Below are positions 41,728-53,884 of a DNA stretch of 64,000 bases, one piece after another; within the stretch, counting starts at the first letter, position 1, and every line of letters starts with the position of its first letter. This DNA is from Octopus vulgaris (Eukaryota). The position numbers and the translations under genes are program-made. A model generated the notes under the pieces. It ran no database searches and was not told the DNA's origin. It was given only the letters and a program-made list of their open reading frames with translations. The stretch is from contig OX597817.1 of NCBI GenBank assembly GCA_951406725.2, positions 89,962,001 through 90,026,000 of the forward strand. Direction: 5' to 3'.

Positions 41728-43516
41728 TTAAAAACTGTGCCATATGTGTGTGTGTGTGTGTGTCTATATACAGGCACCATACACAGATAAATGTCACATG
41801 AGAAAATAAATGTATAAGAAAGAAAATTAGAATGGTTGGATGTACATATTTCTGTTGTGTATCATTTAAAGAGAGAACTGAATAGAATTCAGTTAACCTA
41901 TTTGTTTTATTAAGTAAAGAGAACATTCTACTCTTTTAGTAGTTTCAGTCATTATTCCTTTTTGGCACAGCACATTTGTGATGACTGAGTTTCAGTCCGT
42001 GGATGAGACACAGAATGTCACACCTATTTATTCCTCTGTCCTTCATCTCTTGCAACATAGCAATGGATATATTTTCCCAATGTGCATTCTTTGGTATATG
42101 ATAATGTCTTTGCAAACTACACCTGGCTTCTTATTAAAAAGGAAGAAGCCATATTAAGCCTTCTTGGGTCTCTGGTGAAGGCATCTAATTCTTAAGCTTA
42201 GACATTGCAGAGACTTTTAAAGTAGAACTAAATACTCACTGAAATGTTTGGCTGAGAGAATTTTCCATGTATGCCTTCGGGAATATTGTTTAGCTGCATA
42301 TAACCTATCCAAATATTTAGCCCAAAGATTTGTAATGTGTCTGTTGGGTATATTTAGTGTAGTTCACTTCTCACAGATGTCTGTTCTTGTGAGCTGAACA
42401 ACCAAACATTGTATGGTAATGCCAGATGTAATACTCTACTGATATTTTTCACCGCTAGTGTGTATGTGAGAGCATGCATGTACATGAAACCATAAAATTT
42501 CTTTATATGTATCTGTATGCTTATATATACAGAAAGTCACTCAAACACACATATATAAAGTCATAATCTATTTATCTCTTTGTGTATGTAAGCATATAAG
42601 CATGCGCGTATATATACTTACATATATGTACACACTCACATATATGTTTAAGCTTATACAGACACGCATGTTAGGTGCAAACGTAACTGTGTGATTATGA
42701 AGTTTGCTTACCAAACATGTGGTTTCTGTTCAATCCCACTGCTTGGCTCTTCATGCAAGTGTCTTCTACTAAATCATGAGTGGATTTAATAGTCAGAAAC
42801 AGATAGCCTGTTGTATTGCTGTGTGTGTATATGGGAAGAGAGAGAGAAATACATGTATTTCAGTTTGTGCCTCATCTTGACATTGCATGATGGCTGTAAA
42901 TGTGCATCTCCATCATATAAGCAGTGTCATTCATTTCCAGTCTTCCATATAAACATGTCTGATCATGACAAAATATTACCTTACTTGAAAACAGATGAAG
43001 GTGGGCAACAGAGGCCACTCATAGAAACTTAATTTCAATGAATTCCATCTGACCTCTATCCAGCAAGGGAAAAGTTGGAAATGTGCAAACATTGATATTT
43101 ATATATACTCGCATACACACATATGCAAATAATTATGTTGTTGACGGGTAGTGTTTGTCTATTAAAAGATACTTTTCAACCTCATATTTACATGCTGTTA
43201 CTTAAAGCTTTATTTGTTTTGAGATTCACTGTCTGTAAAAACTGTATCTATGGTGTGTGTGTATGTAAACTCTAAAATGGAAAAGCTGAATTTAAATAGA
43301 ACATTTCCAAAATTGGTGAGCGGGGAAGATATCTCAGTTGTTTCCACTTGTTTCATATACATCTATTACTGTAAACAATATATTTCAGACAGTGGTAAAT
43401 AAAGCACACACACAATCATACATATGAATATAAAATGTTCTTGTCTATTTTCTGCTACAAAAACATGAGAGTACTAAATACACCACTGTGTTGTTGAGTA
43501 TGTTATGTGTTTGTCA

Positions 43517-43563
<47 letters not shown>

Positions 43564-44293
43564 ACACAAAAAATATCTGTATCATCTGTCTTATTGGTGT
43601 GTGCACTTCTTCACTTGATTGAGAATAAATCCCATTGAATTATTCTGAATTTCCTAATGGGTTCAACTAAACATATGGCTGATTGGCTATATAATCCCAG
43701 TCAAATCTAGCATGATGATGATAATGAAATGGTGGTGAGCAGACTACAGCAAAATTCAGGTACGTAAATTCTTTCTTGGAAAAGCAGGTAATTTGAGGAG
43801 TGAAACAAGGTTTGATTCATTATAATAAAAATGATAGCAGGTGAGGAAATGAAAAGCAACTAAAGTTTAAAAAAGAACGTATCTAAAATTGATATATAAA
43901 AGTATGTATACAATCAAATTGGTCATACGCACACATACACATATTTTGAGTGGTAACAAAAGCGGATACTGGAGTGTGATGCAGTTCTCAGACCCAGTAG
44001 AAACTGTTCAACCCATGCTGGCCTACAAGGGAGAGTTAAAAGATGCTTTGTCAGTCAGTGCTCTGAGTTCGGATTCTGTTAAGGTCAGCATTGCCTTTCA
44101 TTCAGTTTTTTTTTTTTTTGTGTTGGAGCAATACAGTATCGATCTAGTACAGAAGTCAATTCTTCACTTGCTTTTTGTCTAGAAGAAATCAGCAGTAGTG
44201 ATACCTAGAGTGAGAATGACTATGCTAGGTTTGCCATTCCTACAACTCCATCAACAGTTGAGACCCAAGGTAGGAAGAGAGAGTGGTTGTGCA

Positions 44294-44512
44294 ATGAGGG
44301 GGTGGTGAAAAGTTCTTGGTTTTGGGTAAAAGAAAATACAGGAGGATCAGTTAATTTTGATTTTATTCAACATATTTCCTTTCTCAGATAAATACACTTA
44401 TTGCGGCAGTCTTTCAGTTTTTCTAAGGCCTGTAATAAAACCCAGAAGGTTGGGCCTCCAACTGGGCCTTTTGCGATACCCTTAAAGCCAGGAATCTTTT
44501 AGTACCCAATGT
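44294..44512 (-). mobile_element. Mariner-derived MITE
   Basis: Imperfect TIRs (gagggggtggtgaaaagttcttggtttt / aaagccaggaatctttttagtaccc); minus strand retains the transposase C-terminus LEKLKDCRNKCIYLR..YVE*. Confidence 0.75.
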
Positions 44513-45599
44513 GTGTGTGTATATATATGTATATATATTTGCAGTTGTAAATTGTAAAACATAACTGTCACAACTACTACATGAACTTGAAGATTGCATA
44601 GTTTAATGCATGAAAGTACTAGTTCAGTCAGAATGGACATTTAATATTCTATCATTTCATTGTATATTATTATTATACGATTGTAAATAAAACGTGAAAA
44701 TCAAAGTTGGAATTTCTTTGAGTAATATATTCTTCTATACTCAATCATACACACTCATGCCTTTCTCTCTCTCTCGATATATATATATAAATAAATACAC
44801 ATGGACGTTAAACGATGATGATGATGACATACAGACAGCTAACAAAATTCAGTACACACCAGTGCTTGACTATACTATCTGACAAACTTTGGGGAAAAGG
44901 CATGCTATGCTCTATGCATTTGTGTTTGGTACACTACTGAAGTGTTTGTTTTAATTTCCTTGTTTCATATATAACCACCTCCAGTCTCTACTGTATTTCA
45001 GATTAAAAATATCAATAAATTTAAAATTAAGAACTTTCTTATCTGAGAACATTTTAAAGAACTTTAATTAGTGAATCCCAGTGAATTTTGCATGCTACGG
45101 AACACTTTTCTTTTAGAAAGAAATATGAAAATTGCATAATCATTTTGAAAGGAGGCATTTTAAATGTTTGTGTATGTATATGTATGTTGATGTGTGTCTG
45201 TGTTCCAGTGCTGTAATCACTCTTTAGCTGAACTATTGCTAAGTTAAGCTGCAGGTTTGGGTTATCGTATATCTTAACTAAAGTCTTTTGATAAGAGGTT
45301 CAAGAAAATATGGTAAGGTATAGAGTCATAAATTACATTATCTTAATTATATTAATTCAGGAAGTCACCTTGCTGCTGCTGTTACTTGTTTTACTACTAC
45401 TACTATCATTGCCATTGGCAGCACCAAAAAAAAACAAAAAAAGATTAGACAAAAAATAATTTTGGTCCTTCTTGTGTGGATTATCTGCAACTGCTGAAAC
45501 AAGAAATTTATAAAGGATTATAAAGGTTTGTCATAAATTCAGAACATGCTTCATGATGATCCGCAAATAAATAAAAGATTAAAAAAAGGCAAACAAATG

Positions 45600-46190
45600 C
45601 CTGAAACCTTTAGCTCGTACTTTTGGAGACTATTGGTGACAAGGAATTGGAGTGCATATGATGTATGCTTTTGGCTGGTTGACGAAAGAATCCTTTGTTC
45701 TTTATCTCATCTACAGAGGTATGTAGAACATAATCTAGACATATAATGAACATGTAGAGTGCCAAAGTGTCACCTTGGAGGATGCCAGTTGTTGCCATCT
45801 GAAGAACATACTATAGATGGAGTATTTTTATACAACATTATGATGGCATCGGCAGTTTCCTTTGGGATACCATATGCAAGAAGTAGTTTTCCTATTTTCT
45901 TTTTATGTATCAAGTCAAAGGCCATAGAAAAGTTAAATAGGGAAGATTGCTTTTGGATTCTTTGCCTAAATTCCTTCAATAACTCTTGGGAATGACAGAA
46001 TCTGGTAGAAAGTTATGTTTCTTCAAAGGCAATTCTGGTTTTTCCTTAAGGCCTTTCCAATCTTTAGTCAAATACAAATGAGTAGCATGGCATTGTAAAC
46101 TTTGACTGATATGGCAGTGAGAGTAATTCCTCTGTAGTTCTTAGTGACCCTGAGATCTCCCTTCATTGGAAATGGCAGGATGCATCCATT
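45600..46190 (-). mobile_element. Decayed RTE-like non-LTR reverse transcriptase fragment
   Basis: KGDLRVTKNYRGITLTAISVKVYN, FSMAFDLIH...LAYGIP, GILQGDTLALYMFIICLDYVL. Confidence 0.85.
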
Positions 46191-46705
46191 AGGGGCTTCT
46201 TTGCATTCTACTTGCTCTATTGAGGTCACTATGCAGCTTGAAGAACTAAAAGCTCAGGGGAGGCCATGAGACAAGCAGATTAGTATAAGAAGGGGTGAGC
46301 AGGTTCTAGTAGAAGGATCTGCATGAGTACCCACATTTATTAGGGGGAGAGAAAGACAAAATGAACAGTAGGAGCTGCAAGAGATAGACAATAGTGATAA
46401 GTTGCCCAGGTGATACCACAATGTACAAGATGAGGAGAGATGGGTGGGTTGACTGTAAGATTGTATGGGAAGCAAAATAAGGGGATGGAGAGTCAGACTG
46501 CCAAAGTATGTAGGGTGAATGAACAAGGAACTATGAGTTGAGATAAATAGAAGGATGCAGGAGAAAAGTGGGTGGAGGCAAGCAGCAGGAGCTTCAAAGA
46601 TGATACAGCTGTCAGAGAGAGATGTAACATAATTGTGTGTGTGTATCTTTTTATTTTTTTATCTTGTACTTGTTTCAGTCATTAGACTATAGCAATGTTG
46701 GGGTA

Positions 46706-46749
<44 letters not shown>

Positions 46750-46778
46750 TTTTACTTGGGTGCATGCATATGTGTGTC

Positions 46779-46817
<39 letters not shown>

Positions 46818-46847
46818 ATGTATATTTATTTTCTTTAAAATATTATT

Positions 46848-46894
46848 GACAGTGACTTCAAAGTTTCAGCCAGTTAAGCCATTGTCAGACTGCC
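46848..46894 (-). ncRNA. Degenerate minimal type-I hammerhead ribozyme (Penelope-like element type)
   Basis: Minus strand ggcagt-CTGACAA-t-ggc-ttaactg-gct-GAAAC-tttgaa-GTC-actgtc: 6-bp stem I, stem II, GUC cleavage triplet. The departures from consensus are CpG-type transitions. Confidence 0.7.
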
Positions 46895-47341
46895 TGTCCA
46901 ATAAGGGATTAACTGGCTAAAACTTTGAAGTCACTATCAGTAATATTCTTGATTAAGCTTGATAAATTTGTACTAAACAAACATATAAAGTAACCAGTTG
47001 GATTAATGTAAGATTGTATTTATTATAACATAAAAAACAAACATAAACTCTTTTTTTCTTTCTATATATATATATAAAACTCTGTGCATCACTAAGACTC
47101 GAGAACTGCCCAACAAGTTTCATTCAAATTTTACACATACTTTACTTAGGAGGTCCTTGCAGTGTCATGGGCCAAAAAAAGTATTCAACTTCTTGCCAAA
47201 TACAAGCCCAGAGCAATCTCTTATCGCTTACATTATTTCAGTATTATGCGTCAAAAGTGAAACAATAACATCTCTATTGTAATGTGAGATAATACTTCCA
47301 GTTTTAATAGTTTCATTATTAATAATTTCACTATCTACTAA

Positions 47342-47387
<46 letters not shown>

Positions 47388-47398
47388 ATGAATATCTG

Positions 47399-47443
<45 letters not shown>

Positions 47444-47535
47444 ATGTATATCTGTGTATATGTATGTTTATGTGTATGTATATATCTATGTATATGTGTA
47501 TGTATATCTGTATATATATATATATATATATATAT

Positions 47536-47779
47536 AAGTATAGATGGGCTGGACACGTCACCCGGCTCACCGATAATCGGTGGACGCATGCAGTTGTCGA
47601 GTGGTACCTGCGCGAGCGGAAAAGACCACCCGGAAGGCCTCCACGACGGTGGAGTTACGATTTCAGGAGGACGATTGGGATCACGTGGATGAGAAAGGCG
47701 CGATCCAGGGAGGAGTGGACAGCGTGCTGTGACCAGCGGTGTCAAATGGACGCCTGACGGACTGGTCGGTCAAGGTGAT
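47536..47779 (+). mobile_element. Young 5'-truncated RTE-clade LINE 3' end
   Basis: Intact frame [39 protein letters not shown]...DA* (stop at 47757); CpG-rich; embedded in (TA)n. Confidence 0.9.
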
Positions 47780-47960
47780 ATATATGTATGTATATGTGTA
47801 TGTATATCTGTACATACATATATATATATGTGTATGTATATCTGTCCATATATATATATATATATAGCTATAATAGCTATAACTCTTTGACTGCTATTTC
47901 TAAATTCGGTGTGTGGTGAGGCAAATCGTTGCTAAACCCTTAATTACTTAGTATTACTTA

Positions 47961-48000
<40 letters not shown>

Positions 48001-48095
48001 ATATGTATGTGTGTGTGTATATATATATGTGTGTGTGTGTATATGTATATCTATATATATATATGTGTATGTATATATATATATGTGTGTGTGTG

Positions 48096-48128
<33 letters not shown>

Positions 48129-48279
48129 ATATATCTGTATATATATGTGTGTGTGTGTGTATGTATATCTATATATATATATATAGTTAAAGTTAATCCA
48201 AACAAGAAAACACAAAAAAACAACAACACGAGGATATGGAACAAATATAGTATTATTGGACGCTAAGGGAAGAAGGAGG

Positions 48280-48314
48280 GTCTAACGTTTCGAGCGGAGC
48301 TCTTCTTCGGAAAC
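48280..48314 (-). ncRNA. Minimal hammerhead-like motif within a Penelope-like terminal fragment (about 48185-48385)
   Basis: Minus strand gttt-CCGAAGA-a-gagc-tcc-gctc-GAAAC-GTT-agac: stems I and II pair; stem III is reduced to palindromic ACGT. Confidence 0.6.
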
Positions 48315-48727
48315 AGAAGGGAAGACAGAGGGAAAAAAAAATCGCCAACGGTACACACGAGGTCACATTTTGAAAGACCGGATAGAGATATATACTTATA
48401 TATGTGTATATATATATATATATAATGTGTATATATATATATATATGTGTGTGTGTGTATATCTGTATATATGTGTGTGTGTGTGTGTATATATGTGTGT
48501 GTGTGTGTATATCTGTGTGTGTGTGTGTATATATCTGTATATGTGTGTGTGTATATCTGTATGTATGTGTGTGTGTGTATCTGTATGTATATATGTATGT
48601 GTGTGTGTGTATCTGTATGTATATATATATATGTGTGTGTGTGTGTATATCTGTATGTATATATATATATGTGTGTGTATATCTGTATGTATATATATGT
48701 GTGTGTGTATATCTGTATGTATATATA

Positions 48728-48772
<45 letters not shown>

Positions 48773-48789
48773 ATGTATATCTGTGTATA

Positions 48790-49175
48790 TCTCTCTCTAT
48801 ATAAACGGCAGTTTGTCTGTGCGTGTTTCTGTGTGTCTGTTTGCTTGTACCCTCACCCTGACCACGGCTTTCAACCGATTCTGATGAAACTTGATACACA
48901 CATAGCCCAATGTCATAATTCAAAACTAACGCAGCGAAAATTTTGAAAAGTTCCCCCAGTTCTGAAAAAAATCGATAAATTCGACATGGGGTCGAGAATC
49001 AGAAACACGAACCACAAACTGTCTAGGGGTCGCAACTCCACCTTTTTTAAATCTCAAAAAAAAATTTACCATCATTTTTTTTCCATTTTTTTGCTATTTT
49101 TTGGCTATAACTCTCTAAAAATGCTTTATAGTTATTTCCCTTACAAACCTGAGCAACGCCGGGCGATACTGCTAG
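48790..49175 (+). mobile_element. Non-autonomous Helitron
   Basis: A|TC 5' end and CTAG|T 3' end; subterminal GC hairpin cctgagcaacgccggg; (CTGT)-like repeat near the 5' end; no TSD. Confidence 0.85.
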
Positions 49176-49273
49176 TATATACATACATATATACATACAC
49201 AAAGGCGGTGCTCTAGCATGGCCGCAGTCAAATGACTGAAACAAGTAAAAGAGTATATGTGTGTATGTATATC

Positions 49274-49308
<35 letters not shown>

Positions 49309-50232
49309 ATGTATATCTGTATGTATATATATATATGTATGTATATATATATGTATGTACATATATATATGTATGTATATATATATGTATGTACATATAT
49401 ATGTGTGTATATATATATATATATATTAAGGTATGTAGAAAAATACAACATGGACAAGAACGTATAACTCTTAGAAGACAATACAATAAACACGGACAGG
49501 ACATTCGAAACCCTCAGTCTTCAGTCAAGAACCGGATCATCGTAGTAATTTCGGCTGATATGGATTCAGTATGTGACCGCGTGTGTATCCTGTGGTCGAT
49601 TTGTTCGACCAATGGTGGTGCTCCAGCATGGCCACAATTACATGACTGAAACAAAGCAAAAAAGAAAAACTATGCCATTTTAATCCCGAACAAGGCCAGG
49701 TATCTCTGCTAGCATACATATATATATACACACACACACATACATATCTAGAGAAAGAGAGAGAGAGATTTAGATTATATATAAAACACCACTAGCACTA
49801 CATGTTTCACTTTCTTATATAAGTATAACAACAATTGTCATGATTTTAGCATTGCTCCTTCACAACATAATTAGCTTACAAGTATGTTCCACTACGTTGT
49901 ATTTTTATTTTAACTGGTATCTATCTGTAAGAAAAAAGGTACATGAATTGAATTATCTGAAGTCTCTTTGCAATTTTTCATGGTTTGCCTTTTCATGTTT
50001 GCATTAATATTCTTATTGTATTATGTCTACATGTTGTGCGTGTGGTTGTTCTGATTTGTGTCCTAGTCATTGTGATTACCAATTCATATCTAAAAGACTC
50101 ATTTTCTTGGCTTTATCAATCTCGCTTTATTTGTTTGGTGATGTGTTGATATCTGTGAGTGTAATGTATAATTAAAACGTTTGTGTGTGCGTGGACGTGT
50201 GTGTACACACACATATGCATATATATATAATA

Positions 50233-50616
50233 AGGAGTGACTGTATGGTAAGTAACTTGCTTACCAACCACATGGTTCCAGATTCAGTCCCACTGCATGG
50301 CACCTTGGGCAAGTGTCTTCTACTATAGCCTCAGGCCAACCAAAACCATGTGAGTGGATTTGGTTGATGGAAACTGAAAGAAGCCTGTTGCATATATATG
50401 TGTATGTGTATATGCTTGTGTGTCTCTGTTTGTCCCCCGATCATCGCTTGACAACCGATGTTGGTGTGTTCACTTCCTCATAACTTAGCAGTTTAGCAAA
50501 AGAGACCGATAGAATAAGGACAAGGCTTATAAAGAATAAGTGCTAGGGTTGATTTGTTCGACTGAAGGTGGGGATCTAGAATGGTTGCAGTCAAATGACT
50601 GGAATATATAAAAAAG
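50233..50616 (+). mobile_element. Full-length SINE family B
   Basis: tRNA-like head, internal microsatellite and conserved tail. Confidence 0.85.
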
Positions 50617-50740
50617 ATATACATATATATATATACACACGCATATATCTTTTTTATATATTCCTGTCATTTGATTTCGCCATGATAAATCGCTAACCAC
50701 TACACATTCTTTATTTTCTCTCCTTGTTTCTTTCTGTGTT

Positions 50741-50780
50741 CCTTTCTGTGGAAGAGTGTAGGCTCGAAACGTTACAGACT
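50741..50780 (+). ncRNA. Degenerate minimal hammerhead-like motif in a Penelope-like fragment (about 50690-50800)
   Basis: ttt-CTGTGGA-a-gagt-gtag-gctc-GAAAC-GTT-acag: same architecture as 48280-48314 but with a core mismatch. Confidence 0.45.
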
Positions 50781-50819
50781 TTTCACTTCCCCAGCGGTAT
50801 ACTAATACATATATATATA

Positions 50820-51187
50820 GGCACAGGGATGGCTGTGTGGTAAGTAGTTTGCTTACCAACCACAAGGTTCCAGGTTCAATCCCACTGTGTAGCACCTTGG
50901 CCAAGTGTCTTCTATAACCTCAGGCTGGCCGAAGCCTTGTGAGTGGATTTGGTAGATGGGAACTAAAAGAAGACCATAGTATATATATATATATATGTAT
51001 GTATGTATGTGTCTTTGTGTTTGTTCCCTCACCATCACTTGGCAACCAATGTTGGTGTGTTTTCGTCCCCATAACTTAGCAGTTCTGCAAAAGAGAATGA
51101 CAGAATAAGTCCTGGGGTTGATTTATTCTACTAAAGGTGGTGTTCCAGCATGATCACTCAAACGACTGAAACAAATAAAAGTAAAAG
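50820..51187 (+). mobile_element. Full-length SINE family B; decayed relatives at about 6825-7085(-), 37690-37810, 41080-41230(-), 42680-43080 and 63315-63720
   Basis: ggctgtgtggtaagtag A-box region, ggttcaatccc B-box and conserved tail. Confidence 0.85.
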
Positions 51188-53884
51188 AATATACACATAT
51201 GTATGTATACATATGCATGTGTATATACAAAATGCCTGTTGTGTTTTGGAATGCATTCTCACAACAGAGTATAGAACCTCTGACTGGGCTAGAATGGGTG
51301 GTGGATCAATATTTTATTGGGGAGATTTTTGGAGAAAAGAATGTCAGTTTAGTTCCCTTTCCCTTATACAAGTTTCTCAACACTGACATCCTCTCTTCTT
51401 TTTGTAGTGATTCTTCCCTCTTGTCACTCCTTCTTTTGCCCCTCCTTTGTCTCCCTCTTCCCTATTATCCCTTCATTCTCTCCTCTTCTCTTTTTCTGCC
51501 TTTTCTTCCCTCTATCTCTCTCCTCCACACAAACACCCATTGTTTCATCCTCCCTTTCTCCTTCTCTCTGTCACCTGCCTTCACTTCTGCCTCTGTTTTG
51601 GACATCTTGTTTCCCCATTCCCTCCACACAAACATCTATACTAAATCTAGGTCTACCTACCAGGTGATTGACCTAGTTATTATTTCAATACAGTCACCAC
51701 CTGCACACACAGCCCCTTTTCTTCTCCCTTCTCAACATCACTCCACATACACGTGGCCCCTTTCCTTTGTAACTCTTTAATTATACTGAGTTAATGAATG
51801 CTCCGAGAAATTAGCTAATTAGTATACAGTTGTCTTTACAGTTGTGTATAGGGATGCAGGTATGTGTGTCTGATGCTGCATCTGTGTACATATGCACACA
51901 CACAGCAACTGTAAGACAATGAAGATTGCACTGATATAAGTAGCTCCCTGACAACAACAACATTATATATGTATATGACATTGGGCTGAGCAGTTAGGGT
52001 GATTAGCTCATGATCTGAAAGCAGTGGGCTCAATTCCTGGACTAGATAATGTATTGCTTCGTTGAGCAAGTTACTTGATTTCATATTGCTCCAGTTTGCT
52101 TAGCTAAAAATAAGTAGCAGTTTTGGTGCAGTTCTGTCTCCTTTTAACTATTATATCCTGGATGTTCTGTTGGCAAAGAAGTGGGAAAGCCAACAGGATG
52201 TCTATGTCTTCTCATGACTACATGGACACCTAAAACAGTCAGTGAAAATATATGGAACATAATATCAAGTCATACTCAGTTGTGAGTGATAGCTATACTA
52301 TGTTATCATTGGGACCAGGGTTTATTTGTCAGGCAGGTTGATGTGATTAATAGAACATATACTCTCAGTATATTCTGAAACTTAGCAGTGATTTAATTAA
52401 CCTTCAAATGAAGGTCAAAAACAAGAAGTGAACTCGAAAGTCAAATATTAAACATTATATAATGTGGTTATCTTTTTACAGTTTTTACCTAACTGTAACA
52501 ACAGTCTGTATTTAATTGTAGCTATAAATTTCTCCCTCAATGTTTCACCTTATTTTCCACACACCATAATGTTCAGGATTTGATTTATTTGATTTACTAA
52601 AAATAGCAACCAAATCTTCCTTAAAATCTCACTTTACTGTCTTAAAAACATTAGGAAACAGATAATGTAATCCTAATTCTAGAACACTTATCTTTGAATA
52701 AATGCTTGAACGGTCACAGATGGAACACTTTTCTTAATAGGTTTTTTTTTTTAAAGTTTGACTTAATAGTAGATTATTAGAAATAGCAACCAAATCTCAC
52801 TCAGATTATGCTCTGTTTTATGCAAGTGTACATGTGAGCCAGTGAAGTAGGCTTCAACATAACTTTTGTCACAGATTTTATTTGATCTTTTCCAACTTTC
52901 GGCAAACAATAAAAATGTGCGTTTCGTATGCTGTATTATTTTCATGGATTTTTATTAGATCCAAACAAGATATGTTTTAGCTTAGGATTTGGTGTGTGGC
53001 AGAAAGGTTTGTGTATCTCCCTTTATTTTGAGAGCTTTATTTCCATCAAAGTGGACTTTGTTTTTATTATTTTTTCCTGAATTTATTAAAATTGTACCAA
53101 TCAACTACTAGGATCCTACTAATTGACTATTCCTTCTCCAAAATATCAAACCTATGCCTATATTATTCATTTGTATACATGTTAGGGGATTGGCAAAAAT
53201 TTTAAAGCATTGGACAAAATGCCAAGTGGTTTTAGTAGTAATGTCTCTTTACATTCTGAGTTCAACTCCTACCAACGTCAACTTTGCTTTTCATCTTTTT
53301 TGGGTTGCTGAACCAGTTAAATGTTAGGATCAATGATATTGACTGACACCCTTCCTTCAAAATTGCTGTATGACATTCTGAGTCCAAATCTTTCCAGGAT
53401 TAATTTTTTGTATTGACTTCTGTAATCAATATGATAAAATACCAAAGAAATCACGAGTCTGTATATTTGATTCTTCTCTAAATGTTTGGCCTTGTGTCTA
53501 TGCACAAAATTATCATCACTGTTGTTCATGTAACAAAATATTTCTGGGCTCAGACAGTGATGTTAATGTTTGGAGATGGTCACAATTGGAACATCTTTGA
53601 TCATAGGTTTGATAAGTTGGGGCTAATGAATAGTGATTAGAACAACCTGCAGTTGAAAGAAAAAAAGGCCATGTGAAGCTCCACAGAGATTTGAACTCAG
53701 ATTCCAGTTCTGTCTTTATTGTAATAGTTTTTAAAAGAAGTAGTACCTAAGAAAGATGAAAAGCAAAATTGAACTTGGTGGATATAAAGAGCCAGAAGAA
53801 TGTTGTTCACCATTTTGTTCAATGTGTTACTGATTGTGTCTGCTTGCTTCATAATTTCTTTTATTTGCCACATTATAATAATAA

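Larger units (their letters stand above)
46630..50650. repeat. Compound (TA)n/(TG)n/(TATG)n/(TATC)n microsatellite field hosting multiple TE insertions
   Basis: Directly visible; it is the source of the many YIYI/CVCV pseudo-ORFs. Confidence 0.95.

Noticed and set aside
43690-43765. CAG|GTACGT donor-like site as a further exon
   Set aside because: No good pyrimidine tract or acceptor giving a convincing phase-1 exon; exon 39467 already joins 61510 in frame.
47331-49737. Many overlapping ORFs of up to 180 aa ([12 protein letters not shown])
   Set aside because: They are translations of dinucleotide microsatellites; only the RTE segment at 47536-47757 is real coding-derived sequence.
50233-50900. 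tRNA genes suggested by A/B boxes
   Set aside because: The boxes belong to SINE heads; no complete cloverleaf, and they continue into SINE body sequence.
51199-51780. 193-aa hydrophobic ORF
   Set aside because: It runs through a CT-rich low-complexity tract starting in a microsatellite, probably decayed TE 3' sequence; no domain motif.
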